A stretch of 47,783 bases of DNA from Pseudomonadota bacterium (GTDB taxonomy: Bacteria; Bdellovibrionota_B; Oligoflexia; Silvanigrellales; Silvanigrellaceae): positions 1 through 47,783 of the forward strand of contig JBDLRP010000018.1 of assembly GCA_039799905.1 (NCBI GenBank). The letters run 5' to 3'. Shown piece after piece: positions 1 through 9,183 of this stretch (positions are counted from its first letter, which is position 1; each line of letters starts with the position of its first letter). Position numbers and translations under genes: made by a program. The notes under the pieces are model-generated. The model had not been told where the DNA came from. It saw only the letters and a program-made list of their open reading frames with translations, and searched no databases.

Positions 1-1039
1 GGCTCGCACCGGTCGCCTCGAGTGCCTCGATGGGGCCATCATCCACACCCTCGATGGCCTCGGAGTATTGTTTCACAAGGCTCGAAACGCTGTGCACCAT
101 CAAAGCGAGTGCGCCGGCAAATGGACCGATTCCAATCCAGACAGAGAACAAGATTGCCCAGATGATGGGTTCAATCGAGCGCGTCACGTTGATGTAAAGA
201 CGCACGACTGTGTATGCGAGGCGGGTTGCGAAGGTGTGCCGAGTTAGGTTGCGAGCACCAAAAAATGCCAACACAAACGCAACAGGAACGGCAAAAAATG
301 TCGCCATAAATGCAAGATAAACACTTTCAAGCAACTTGGAAATTGCGTTGCCGTAGTAGGATGCGTCGGACGGAACACATTCGAGTGCAAAAGGAGGCAG
401 AGCCTCGGCCCCCGATTGGAAAATTGCGGATGCAGTGTTGGTCAGCGACACGAGTCCGTTGAGAATTCCCTCGAGTCCCCAAGACAACGGCTTGCCGATG
501 AGCGGAAGTCCGCAGGCGAGTTGCAACACGAGCCGACCGAAACTCTGCAGGCCGACAAGTTCGACCATCTTGCCGAGCTGGATCCGCGTCAACACCCAGC
601 CGGTGAGGATGGTCAGAGCCAACAACATCCAACCTTCCCTGCGCGCCAGCGACCAATAATTTCGGATGCGGATGCTGTCTTCCGGATTGTTCACCTGCAA
701 TTTCGACAGGCTCGCAACCCAAGGACCAAACCCTCTGCCCGTCAGGCCGACACCTGCGCCAATGAGCGCACCGACTGCAAATACGATTCCGGCGGCAGTC
801 CAGCTGAACTCGGAATAGCGGCTGTCGTAGTTCAACGAGGTTACAATTGAGGTGGCCCATGCACGTGGGACGTCGTCAATCGCGTATCCCTCGATGAAGG
901 GCAGCACGATGTCCCACCAAATGATTCGTGCGCCGACAAGGGCAACATAGCCCCACAACAGAACTTCGATAATGAAGCCTGACCACTCGCGCGCTCGGCG
1001 TTCGTTTTCGATCATCGGTACAAACGATGGAATACGCAT
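1..1039 (-). CDS. phnE: Phosphonate/phosphite ABC transporter permease with long N-terminal extension (3' end outside window)
   Basis: Not in the ORF track because it runs off the edge. ATG at 1039 overlaps the phnC stop (TGATG). Manual translation gives LLESVYLAFMAT...GARNL...RSIEPIIWAILFSVWIGIGPFAGALALMVHSVSSLVKQYSEAIEGVDDGPIEALEATGAS, i.e. PhnE motifs and EAA loop. Confidence 0.9.
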   Translation of the reverse strand, partial: MRIPSFVPMIENERRAREWSGFIIEVLLWGYVALVGARIIWWDIVLPFIEGYAIDDVPRAWATSIVTSLNYDSRYSEFSWTAAGIVFAVGALIGAGVGLTGRGFGPWVASLSKLQVNNPEDSIRIRNYWSLARREGWMLLALTILTGWVLTRIQLGKMVELVGLQSFGRLVLQLACGLPLIGKPLSWGLEGILNGLVSLTNTASAIFQSGAEALPPFALECVPSDASYYGNAISKLLESVYLAFMATFFAVPVAFVLAFFGARNLTRHTFATRLAYTVVRLYINVTRSIEPIIWAILFSVWIGIGPFAGALALMVHSVSSLVKQYSEAIEGVDDGPIEALEATGAS

Positions 1040-1869
1040 CAGTGAATCTCCACTTCTTTAGCCTGCTCACCGTAGATGTCTTTAAACCATTGCGGCGTGA
1101 TATCCTCAGGCTTGCCTTCAAAAACTTTTTCACCACCGCGCAACGCAACGACGTGGGTCGCGTATTCGCGCACAAGGCTGAGGAAGTGCAGGTTGCAGAT
1201 GACCGTGACTCCGTGCTTCTCGTTCAAAAGCTTCAAGTATTGCATAACCGAGTTGCTGGTCGACGGATCGAGCGATGCCACCGGTTCGTCGGCCAGCAGC
1301 AACTGAGGCTTCTGCATCAGCGTGCGCGCGATGGCGACGCGCTGTTGCTGCCCCCCGGAGAGACCATCGGCACGGACCATAGCCTTGTCAGGGATTCCGA
1401 CCAACTTGAGTGCATCGTGTGCCTCTTCGATCCATTCCTTGGGCCAGCGGCGGAAGATTCCGCCAAGCGGCATTTCCGACATATGACCAAGTTTTCCAGA
1501 CAAAACGTTGGTCAGTACGTCGCGTCGTTTGATGAGATTGAAATGCTGAAAAACCATCCCGATGTTCTGCCGGACCTTGCGCAGATCACGAGGCGACAAC
1601 GCGCGCACGTCCTGCCCGTTGAATAAAATTTCGCCGGCCGTCGGTTCGTGGATTCTGTTGACGCAGCGCAGCATGGTCGATTTTCCGGAACCCGAAAGAC
1701 CAATCACCGCAAGAAAACTCCCGCGCGGAACATCGAAGCTCACACCCTTCAGGGCTCGCGTCCCGTTGGGATAAACCTTCTCGACTCCCTTGAGGCGAAG
1801 AATGATGTCCTCTGCCGAAGAGGCAGAGTCGGGATGCAGCAGAACAGCGCCGGAGCGTGGGTTGATCAC
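1039..1869 (-). CDS. phnC: Phosphonate ABC transporter ATP-binding protein
   Basis: Walker A GLSGSGKS, signature LSGGQQQRVAIAR, LADEPVASLDP, NLH. GTG at 1869 is preceded by an AGGAG RBS (ORF track start 1986 is likely too long). Confidence 0.93.
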   Translation of the reverse strand: MINPRSGAVLLHPDSASSAEDIILRLKGVEKVYPNGTRALKGVSFDVPRGSFLAVIGLSGSGKSTMLRCVNRIHEPTAGEILFNGQDVRALSPRDLRKVRQNIGMVFQHFNLIKRRDVLTNVLSGKLGHMSEMPLGGIFRRWPKEWIEEAHDALKLVGIPDKAMVRADGLSGGQQQRVAIARTLMQKPQLLLADEPVASLDPSTSNSVMQYLKLLNEKHGVTVICNLHFLSLVREYATHVVALRGGEKVFEGKPEDITPQWFKDIYGEQAKEVEIH

Positions 1870-1891
1870 ACCAAAATCTCCTAATTTATTC

Positions 1892-1919
1892 AAAAAAAAC
1901 AACACCCTCAGGCAGGGCC
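1892..1919 (-). terminator. Possible intrinsic terminator after the slt gene
   Basis: Minus strand GCCCT-GCCTG-AGGGT short stem followed by GTTGTTTTTTTT. Confidence 0.4.
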
Positions 1920-1966
1920 AGAGAGCGTATAAATCAGCACGTTTGAAAAGGCCAGTGAATCTTATA

Positions 1967-4309
1967 TCAGAACATTTCCATATCATTCCGTGGTGTTGGC
2001 AAAGCCAACGAAAGGTTGACCTCGATTCCGGTCTTTCCGTTGGAGTACAGCCGGCTGTAGATTTCCATGTTGGTCAGTACGGTTGCGACGTATTTGCGCG
2101 TCTGATCAAAGGGAATGTCTTCCAAAAACTCATCGAGATACATTGAGCTGTTCTTGCTCAGCCAGCGGTCGATGGCCTCGGGTCCGGCGTTGTAGGCGGC
2201 AATCGCCAGTGGCAGTTGCCCCCGATAATATTCCAAAAGCCTAGCAAGATACCAAGAGCCAAAGGCGATATTGACCTTCGGCTGGTCGAGATGACTGGGC
2301 TCAAAATCCGGATATTCGATAAGCTCCGCAATCCGTTCGCCTGTGGTTGGCATTATCTGCATCAACCCCCGCGCGCCGACGTTGCTCACAACCTGCGGCT
2401 GAAACAAGGACTCCGCTCGCATGATCGACAGAATAAGCCAAGGGCTGATCTGAAACGCATCTGCGGCGTCGGCAATGACCTCCCTGTAGGGCAGCGGGTA
2501 GAGCATTCTCAGGTTAGCGGAATTTTTTGCAAGATAGGCGCTCCATTCGCCATTCCTTCCGACTGGAATCTTGCCCGAGGACCTTCGCTGTTGAGTGGCG
2601 AATTGAACACTCGCATGAGCGTCGCCTGAATAAACCAGGAACTCCGCGAGGGAATCCGCCGATGCACCCATGGCATTGAGCTTTTTTCTCAGCGGCGCGC
2701 GCAGCAGGTCGGCATGTCCGGCATCGGCAAGCAATGCCATTGCTTCAAAGCGATCTTCGAATTTTGGCCGTTTACGCAGCACAGAGGACGCACCTGTTTG
2801 CGCGGGGGTTAAACTCCTTGCTGCAAACGCGACTCCGCCTCGCTGCAGGGAGACGGGTTGAACTGCCGGCGGTTGCATGCGCCAAGCCGCGAAAAGTGCG
2901 TAGTGGTTTGAATTCTCCATTGCCGCAATGCGGGTGAAGATATTTTTAGCCTCACGCTGATGTCCCTCGGCTTCGTGGGCACGACCCCGCCAATACTGCA
3001 GACGTGCACGCTGTTCGTCACCGGATTCGTGAGCGGTTGATGAAATAGCCAACGAATACTGCTTGCTAAGGTAACGCGCCCAGAAGGTTCTCCACAAAAC
3101 ATCTTTGGGCCGGAGAATTCCCGACAAGGTCGAAGCTTCACGTGCAACATCCGCATACTGGCCCGCATAATGCAACGAGAGCACGTAACGCGGACGCGCC
3201 GTATTTGCGATGTCTGTCTGCGGGTACTGCATGATCAGGCTTCGGTAAAAAGCCGCAGCTTCGGTGGGTCGGTGAACTCCGTTTAAATTGCGAGCATGAA
3301 CCATCACAAGTCGTTCACGAGTCAACGGAGGTTCAAAATTCTGCGACTGAATCAACCTGTCAGTGATTGCGATTGCCGTCTGATAATCACGGGCAGACTG
3401 CAACCACTCGACAACATCGAGCAGCTCACTGCGCATTTGTCCGGACAGAGTATCCGGATTTTCCTGCGCTAGCCGCAACGCCAGCGGTACACCTGCCAAA
3501 GACTGGGCGTAATTCATAATGTCCGAGCGCATTCCAAAGCGCTGGAGCAGCAGGCTTGCGCGTGAACGTTTGTCGGCCGCAGATTCAACCGTCTCATCGA
3601 GACGACACACGGTGTCGGGGGTCAGATTTTCAAGCAGATGCTTTCCGACAAAAGGATAGAAGCGAAATGTGATGCGCTCGACGGCAAGCGCATCTGCGAC
3701 GCGGTTGACCCTACGCAACTCGTCAGAGAGACGCTTGAAAAGCAGACTCTCGTCCGAAGATAAAAACTCCTTACTCAAATCAGCTTTGTAACGATCAAAT
3801 TGTACAAATGCCTCGCCAGGAAGTCCTGCAAGAAAAAAATTGCGTATGGAGCGCACGAGCAGCCGCCGCGAAGCCATATTCCAGACATTGCCAGAGTTCC
3901 GGCCCGAACCTCCAGCGACAGCCGCCTGATATTCATGAAGCGCAACCTGCGCATGCACCGCGGCATCAATCCACTGTCCGCGACTTTCTTTTACCTCTGA
4001 AAAAACACTGTTCCAGGTTGCACGCAGCGCAGCATCAGGACTCAACGAGCGGGCCGCCAGCAATTCAATTTCGGCTTCCGCTGCAAATCCGGCGCGCAAT
4101 TTGCGGATTGCCGAATCAATTACACGCAGGGCCTGCATTTCAATTGTGCCAGCAGCAGGTGCCAATGAAATTTGCGAGGCTGAAGTTTTGACAACTTTTT
4201 CGGTGGAGCGTTTGTTTGTCGCCGAGTTTGCCAGCGCCGGCAACTGTGCTGCAGCAGCTGCTGCTGCAGTCACAGTTAAAATTTGCCAATTCGAACGGCG
4301 TGAGGACAT
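1967..4309 (-). CDS. slt: Soluble lytic murein transglycosylase (Slt70-like, helical/TPR region plus C-terminal SLT domain)
   Basis: IMRAESLF, GARGLMQIMP, AAYNAG and ETRxYV-like (QTRKYV) motifs. Ala-rich signal peptide. ATG 4309 has an upstream GGAG. Confidence 0.88.
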   Translation of the reverse strand: MSSRRSNWQILTVTAAAAAAAQLPALANSATNKRSTEKVVKTSASQISLAPAAGTIEMQALRVIDSAIRKLRAGFAAEAEIELLAARSLSPDAALRATWNSVFSEVKESRGQWIDAAVHAQVALHEYQAAVAGGSGRNSGNVWNMASRRLLVRSIRNFFLAGLPGEAFVQFDRYKADLSKEFLSSDESLLFKRLSDELRRVNRVADALAVERITFRFYPFVGKHLLENLTPDTVCRLDETVESAADKRSRASLLLQRFGMRSDIMNYAQSLAGVPLALRLAQENPDTLSGQMRSELLDVVEWLQSARDYQTAIAITDRLIQSQNFEPPLTRERLVMVHARNLNGVHRPTEAAAFYRSLIMQYPQTDIANTARPRYVLSLHYAGQYADVAREASTLSGILRPKDVLWRTFWARYLSKQYSLAISSTAHESGDEQRARLQYWRGRAHEAEGHQREAKNIFTRIAAMENSNHYALFAAWRMQPPAVQPVSLQRGGVAFAARSLTPAQTGASSVLRKRPKFEDRFEAMALLADAGHADLLRAPLRKKLNAMGASADSLAEFLVYSGDAHASVQFATQQRRSSGKIPVGRNGEWSAYLAKNSANLRMLYPLPYREVIADAADAFQISPWLILSIMRAESLFQPQVVSNVGARGLMQIMPTTGERIAELIEYPDFEPSHLDQPKVNIAFGSWYLARLLEYYRGQLPLAIAAYNAGPEAIDRWLSKNSSMYLDEFLEDIPFDQTRKYVATVLTNMEIYSRLYSNGKTGIEVNLSLALPTPRNDMEMF

Positions 4310-4541
4310 AGAAAAAGTGCTCCATGCTGGCGTCACCAAAGAGTACCTCATTCCCAGCGCAGTCCGAGCGTCAATCCGGCGAGCTTGCAAAGCGTCCTAA
4401 AAGGCCAACCTCTCGGTTATGGTTTTCTGCAATATAACGAATTGAATTTACGATTTAAAATTTAACTCAATTTTGTCCGTGCAGGTTCGAAAAGAGAGGC
4501 GGTCAGGATGTACCGAGACCCATCCACAAAGGACGAGAGAT

Positions 4542-4922
4542 ATGACGGAAAGAATCGACAAACAGCACCGATATCCATGGGAAGTCATCGAGCTCGCAGT
4601 GATTTGGTACCAGCGTGATCATCTGACCTATCGCGCCGTCTCCGACAAACTCATGTTGCATGGCGTTGAAGTGTCGCACAAAACAGTGTTCGAGTGGGTG
4701 CAAAAATTCGGTGACGTCATCTCCAGAAGGCCAAAACGCAACGTGAAATCAATCAAGTCGAGCCTGAACATTGAAGAGTCGTACGTCAAAGTCAACGGAG
4801 AATGGAAGTACATGTACCGCTCGACCGACGGAAAAGGCAACATCCTCAACGCAGTCCTGCGCAATCGTAGAAACCTCGCCTCCGCAAAATCGTTTCTGAA
4901 GCGGGCCGCAGACGAAAACTGA
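4542..4922 (+). CDS. IS6-family transposase-derived protein, truncated and probably catalytically dead
   Basis: HRYPWEVIELAVIWY, LTYRAVSDKL..HGVEVSHKTVFEWVQKF, EESYVKVNGEWKYMYRSTD and RRNLASAKSFLK parallel the N-terminal half of IS26/IS431 transposases. 126 aa, no second D or E. Confidence 0.8.
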   Translation: MTERIDKQHRYPWEVIELAVIWYQRDHLTYRAVSDKLMLHGVEVSHKTVFEWVQKFGDVISRRPKRNVKSIKSSLNIEESYVKVNGEWKYMYRSTDGKGNILNAVLRNRRNLASAKSFLKRAADEN

Positions 4923-4959
4923 TCGGACCCACGAGGCGGAATATCCAGTTCAACATACA

Positions 4960-4994
4960 TCAAGCAAGTCATCAGACTTGCTTGAGTTTTTTTT
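4960..4994 (+). terminator. Rho-independent terminator after the IS6-derived gene
   Basis: Perfect 11-bp stem TCAAGCAAGTC-ATCA-GACTTGCTTGA followed by G and T8. Confidence 0.85.
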
Positions 4995-5121
4995 GCATAT
5001 TGCGAGTTATCTTACAATTCTGTAAGCGTCGCGGCCGAATGTGGAGTTTTGAAAATATTTGGCTAAAAGCCTCCTCAGGACAAAACTTTCTACATTTGCT
5101 GAGCCGAAGATCGGAGGAGAA

Positions 5122-5838
5122 ATGCAAAATCTCGCAGGCAACCAATACGTCATCACACTGGACGATGACCCGATGGTCTCGAAGATTATCGAAAAGTCAC
5201 TGTCGCTCAGGTCAGTCACTTTTCCGACAATCACCGACTTCACACAGCGCATACCGAACAGTGAACCGCTGGCTGTTTTTGTCGACATTCATCTTGCCAA
5301 CGATCAATCCGGTCTGGACATCGTGCCGCAACTGCGCGCCCGCTGGCCCTACAGTCCAATCATTGTCATCACCGCAGATCCGGCGGACGACTGGCTGGTG
5401 GATGCCTTCCGCAAGGGAGCCGATGACTTTCTGTTGAAACCGATCAAACCGCGCGAAGTTCAGGCGCGTTTTCAAACTCGCCTGACACATCTCCAGGACA
5501 GAGCCGCAAAAAGCGCCTTGACAGCAGGTGATGTCAGTCTCGATACGGCACACCGCGTCGTGACCGGCCCCAACGGCCGGCAGTTTCTGGCTCCCGTCGA
5601 AACCCTCTTGCTCGCTCAGCTCATCAAAGCGAAGGGCACAGTCGTTCCGAAGGAGACCCTCAAGCGCGAGGCATGGGGGCCAGTGCGTGTCAGCGACAAC
5701 GCATTTTACAGAAAGCTGTTTGAGCTGCGACGCGCGCTGGAGGGCGTGTCCGTGAATGTGAAAATTCAGTCCGTATATGGTGCTGGACTCAGTCTGGACA
5801 TTCAAACAAACGTCACTCCTATGCTCAGCGCTCTGTAA
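5122..5838 (+). CDS. OmpR/PhoB-family response regulator (REC plus winged helix)
   Basis: LDDD, phosphoacceptor VDIHL, IT, GADDFLLKP, C-terminal IQSVYGAG. GGAGG RBS before ATG 5122. Confidence 0.88.
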   Translation: MQNLAGNQYVITLDDDPMVSKIIEKSLSLRSVTFPTITDFTQRIPNSEPLAVFVDIHLANDQSGLDIVPQLRARWPYSPIIVITADPADDWLVDAFRKGADDFLLKPIKPREVQARFQTRLTHLQDRAAKSALTAGDVSLDTAHRVVTGPNGRQFLAPVETLLLAQLIKAKGTVVPKETLKREAWGPVRVSDNAFYRKLFELRRALEGVSVNVKIQSVYGAGLSLDIQTNVTPMLSAL

Positions 5839-5885
5839 GCGGAATTTGCGCCCCCATCATCAAATCAACCAATCTGGGATGACCT

Positions 5886-6275
5886 GTGAAAGAACCATGT
5901 GACACGCCGGCAGCCGAGCTTCCGGTCCTCGACCTTCAGCACCTGAGCAATCTGGAGCTTCTTTCAAACGCAGATGAAAGTTTCGTGGGTGAATTGAGTG
6001 CTCTTTTTCGCCAATCGACACCGGCTTATATTGCACAACTGTGCTCTGCTGCAGAGAAAAACGACCGCGAAATTGTCCGCAGTCTGGCGCACCGCCTCAA
6101 AGGGTCTGCTGCAAACATCGGTGCTCGGAGGATGGCGGAATACTGCAGCACGCTCGAGTTGAAAGCCAAAACTACAACCCAAACAATCAGCCCTGACTGC
6201 TGCATGCAACTTGAACAAGAGTTCAAAGCATGCGAGCAGCAGCTGCTCAGCTGGCTTCGCCACAACGACAATTAA
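5886..6275 (+). CDS. Stand-alone Hpt phosphotransfer protein
   Basis: AHRLKGSAANIGA Hpt motif in a 129-aa helical protein. Confidence 0.88.
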   Translation: MKEPCDTPAAELPVLDLQHLSNLELLSNADESFVGELSALFRQSTPAYIAQLCSAAEKNDREIVRSLAHRLKGSAANIGARRMAEYCSTLELKAKTTTQTISPDCCMQLEQEFKACEQQLLSWLRHNDN

Positions 6276-6500
6276 GTCTTACCTTAAAAAGCAATTCTGC
6301 TGCATTTTCCGATGCATTTTTCAGTTATTTAAAGAACGTCAATCCGACTGCGCTGTTCAACTGCTGCTCTGCTGCAAACACAGCGACATGCAAAACAGCG
6401 TCCCACCACGCCGACCCACCATTTCAGGAGGGGACTCACACGTGAGTCTCCTCTCTCGCCGCCCGGAGACAAATTTTAAGCAATACATTGGAGGTGACAA

Positions 6501-7766
6501 ATGAAATTATTTCTCATTTGCTTGCTGTTCGGATGTTTGTCTGAGCCAATTTCCGCGCGCGATTTCGATTCTGAAACTTCATTCGCAGGCGTCGAACTGC
6601 CGGTTGTCAAATCAGAAGAGTGTGCCTGGGTGTTTGAACAGCTTGAGGTGACTCAAGCTTGGGAATTGCTGCGAAAAAAAGGTTTCACACGTCCCGGCGA
6701 GAACATCACCATGGCCCATCTGGACACCGGTGTCATTCCGCTGCAGTCGCTCTTCTATACATACAAGGCTTCAAACGGCGCGAGCGGCCTGCAGCTCACA
6801 GGCGGCGGACTATCATCGCTGCAGCTAAATCTTGTCCAAAACCAGACGTTGGCATGGGACAATGATCCCAGGGCACTGAGCTTTGGCCATGGCACCTCGA
6901 CTGCCAGCCTGATGATTGGCTGGAGCGGTCAGAGCGAAAATTCGCATTCTGGTTTTCGCGGACTCGCGCCGTGGCTGCGATTCATTCCGATTAAAGTGAC
7001 AGACAGTGTGCTGATGGTCGGCAATATGCCCACGGGAGGCAGCGCCGACCTTAAAAATTTGGCATCAGGAATACAACTCGCATCACAGTTGCGTGCTGAA
7101 ATCATTTCAATCAGTTTGGGAGCGCTGTTCGACAACGACGGACTTATCAAAACTGCAGTGCATGAAGCTTTGAACGCGGGGGCAATCATTGTTGCTGCCG
7201 CCGGTCAGACTTTTCCAGTCAACATGATTCCCTTGCCTGCGCGCCTATCCGGCGTCATTGCCGTGACCGCTTCTGCGAAAGACAAAAAACCATGGAGGGA
7301 TGCCTTTGTCGGCAGACACATCGCGTGGTCTGCTCCCGGTGCCGGCATCTGTCACATAAAGGCAAATCCCCTGAACAACTCAGCCGACCCCACTTCGCTG
7401 GGCAATCCGATTGTCGCACTGACTGGCCGACGTGGTGAAAATCTTCGGTTCAGCGAATCTCTGGTCAGTTCCAGTGGAACAAGCTACTCGACGGCGTACA
7501 CTGCTGCCGCGGCTGCGCTCTGGTTGCAATTTCACTCTTCCTCGAAGTTGCGCAACCTTTATGGTGCCAGGAACATCAGCGCGCTTTTCGCAGCGGTCGC
7601 CAAACGCCACGCCATGGAACGTCCCGCCGATTGGCAGAGCGAAAAACACGGACAGGGAATCCTTAATATCCGCAAGCTTATCGAAGCTCCGCTACCCTGT
7701 AATGACGACGACTCGCGTGAAACCTGTGACGTCAAACTGAGGCCGTTTCTGAGTTTTACGCCATGA
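6501..7766 (+). CDS. Secreted S8 (subtilisin-like) serine peptidase
   Basis: Signal peptide. Triad motifs LDTG, HGT and SGTSYS. GGAGG RBS. Confidence 0.88.
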   Translation: MKLFLICLLFGCLSEPISARDFDSETSFAGVELPVVKSEECAWVFEQLEVTQAWELLRKKGFTRPGENITMAHLDTGVIPLQSLFYTYKASNGASGLQLTGGGLSSLQLNLVQNQTLAWDNDPRALSFGHGTSTASLMIGWSGQSENSHSGFRGLAPWLRFIPIKVTDSVLMVGNMPTGGSADLKNLASGIQLASQLRAEIISISLGALFDNDGLIKTAVHEALNAGAIIVAAAGQTFPVNMIPLPARLSGVIAVTASAKDKKPWRDAFVGRHIAWSAPGAGICHIKANPLNNSADPTSLGNPIVALTGRRGENLRFSESLVSSSGTSYSTAYTAAAAALWLQFHSSSKLRNLYGARNISALFAAVAKRHAMERPADWQSEKHGQGILNIRKLIEAPLPCNDDDSRETCDVKLRPFLSFTP

Positions 7767-7850
7767 TGACACCCGAAATCTGTCTCTTCGGGCAGTTTGC
7801 GGGTAGACTCCGCGCACATTCACAAGTGAACAAAAGAGAGGTCCGCTGAT

Positions 7851-9134
7851 ATGGTTGCTCTGTCTTTTTATTTCCAGGTTCATCAGCCCTACCGTCTCCG
7901 CCCCGTGCGCCTGGATGAGGACGGCGACGGGCCGTCATTGTTCAGCGATGAAAAAAACCGCAGTGTATTTCATAAAGTTGCCCAGAAATGCTACTGGCCG
8001 ATGGGAAAACTGCTTGAGCACCTGCTGCTGAAGTATCCGCACGACTTCAAGGTGTCATTTTCGTTCAGCGGAACTTTTCTAAGCCAGTGTGCAGAATACG
8101 ACCGCGATCTTTTGGAGCTCTACAAGTTCATATCGCGCCTCCCCAACGCACACATCATCTGTGAGACATCACACCATTCGCTCGCCGCCCTGCGCTCAAC
8201 CAGCGAGTTCACAAATCAGGTCAAAGAACAACTCGCGACCATCAAACAGCTGTTCGGCAAGACACCGCGCGTATTTCGCAACACTGAGCTCATTTACTCG
8301 GACACAATCGGAACGATGGTTTCGGATCTCGGATTCGAGGGATGCCTGCTGGAGGGTTGGGATCCATGGCTTCCACATGGCTGGAATGCACATCATGTCT
8401 TTCATCACCCGACGCGGCATGGTCTCCGCCTGCTGCCAAAGAGTTACAAGCTTTCCGACGACATGGCCTTCCGCTTCTCCGACAGAAACTGGTCCGACTG
8501 GCCGCTGACCGCAGAACGCTATGTTCACTGGCTTGAATCACTGCTTGACGGCCAGCACGAGTTCGTTGGTCTGTTTATGGATTACGAAACGTTCGGCGAA
8601 CATCAATGGGCTGATTCCGGAATTTTTTATTTCTTTGAAGATTTGGTCCACCGCGTTATTTCACATCCGCGGTTGAGTTTTGTCGGTGTCGAGGACGCAC
8701 TTCACATTCATCCGCGCAGCCCGATGTCGGTTCCCGTGCCGACAAGCTGGGCCGACACCGAACGTGATTTGTCGGCATGGCTCAGCAATCCCCTTCAAGA
8801 GGAGGCACTCGAACGAGTGATGAATCTGGAATCAACCGTGATTAAGCTTGATCAACGCGACATCACTGAACAATGGCGCAAATTGCAGACAAGCGACCAT
8901 TTCTACTACATGTGCATCAAGTACTCACATGACGGTGACGTGCACAAATATTTCAGTCCGTACGATTCTCCTTATGACGCCTATCTGGATCACCGCAGCG
9001 CAGTCGAGGCCTTTGAACGCCTGTGTGAGTCGCGGAAGCAGGTACAGCTCGTACAAGATCTGCCCGAACAAGCTGCGCAATTCGCAAGACTTCCGCGCTC
9101 GGAAATCGCACAACCGGAAGTTACCATGCACTGA
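7851..9134 (+). CDS. Glycoside hydrolase family 57 (alpha-amylase-like)
   Basis: QVHQPYRL, FRNTELIY (nucleophile E), FMDYETFGEHQW (acid/base D), SWADTERD, QTSDHFYYM. Confidence 0.92.
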   Translation: MVALSFYFQVHQPYRLRPVRLDEDGDGPSLFSDEKNRSVFHKVAQKCYWPMGKLLEHLLLKYPHDFKVSFSFSGTFLSQCAEYDRDLLELYKFISRLPNAHIICETSHHSLAALRSTSEFTNQVKEQLATIKQLFGKTPRVFRNTELIYSDTIGTMVSDLGFEGCLLEGWDPWLPHGWNAHHVFHHPTRHGLRLLPKSYKLSDDMAFRFSDRNWSDWPLTAERYVHWLESLLDGQHEFVGLFMDYETFGEHQWADSGIFYFFEDLVHRVISHPRLSFVGVEDALHIHPRSPMSVPVPTSWADTERDLSAWLSNPLQEEALERVMNLESTVIKLDQRDITEQWRKLQTSDHFYYMCIKYSHDGDVHKYFSPYDSPYDAYLDHRSAVEAFERLCESRKQVQLVQDLPEQAAQFARLPRSEIAQPEVTMH

Positions 9135-9183
9135 GAGGGCGAAGACTTCACTTCATCCCTCTTTTCTCGGGGAGGAATGAAGT

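Noticed and set aside
1027..1626. 199-aa plus-strand ORF and similar long shadows (19811-20536, 21898-22623, 44005-44817)
   Set aside because: They are antisense to well-supported genes and have no motifs of their own.
1..1869. C-P lyase phosphonate degradation cluster
   Set aside because: Only transporter genes are visible. No phnG-M or ptxD is in the window, so the substrate cannot be assigned.
4247..4269. GCT/GCA trinucleotide run as a contingency repeat
   Set aside because: Imperfect, in frame, and encodes the poly-Ala of a signal peptide.
4400..5000. Active IS6 insertion sequence
   Set aside because: Only half a transposase with the first Asp replaced. GGTTTTCTGCAA at 4421 is at best a weak left-IR resemblance with no partner or target duplication.
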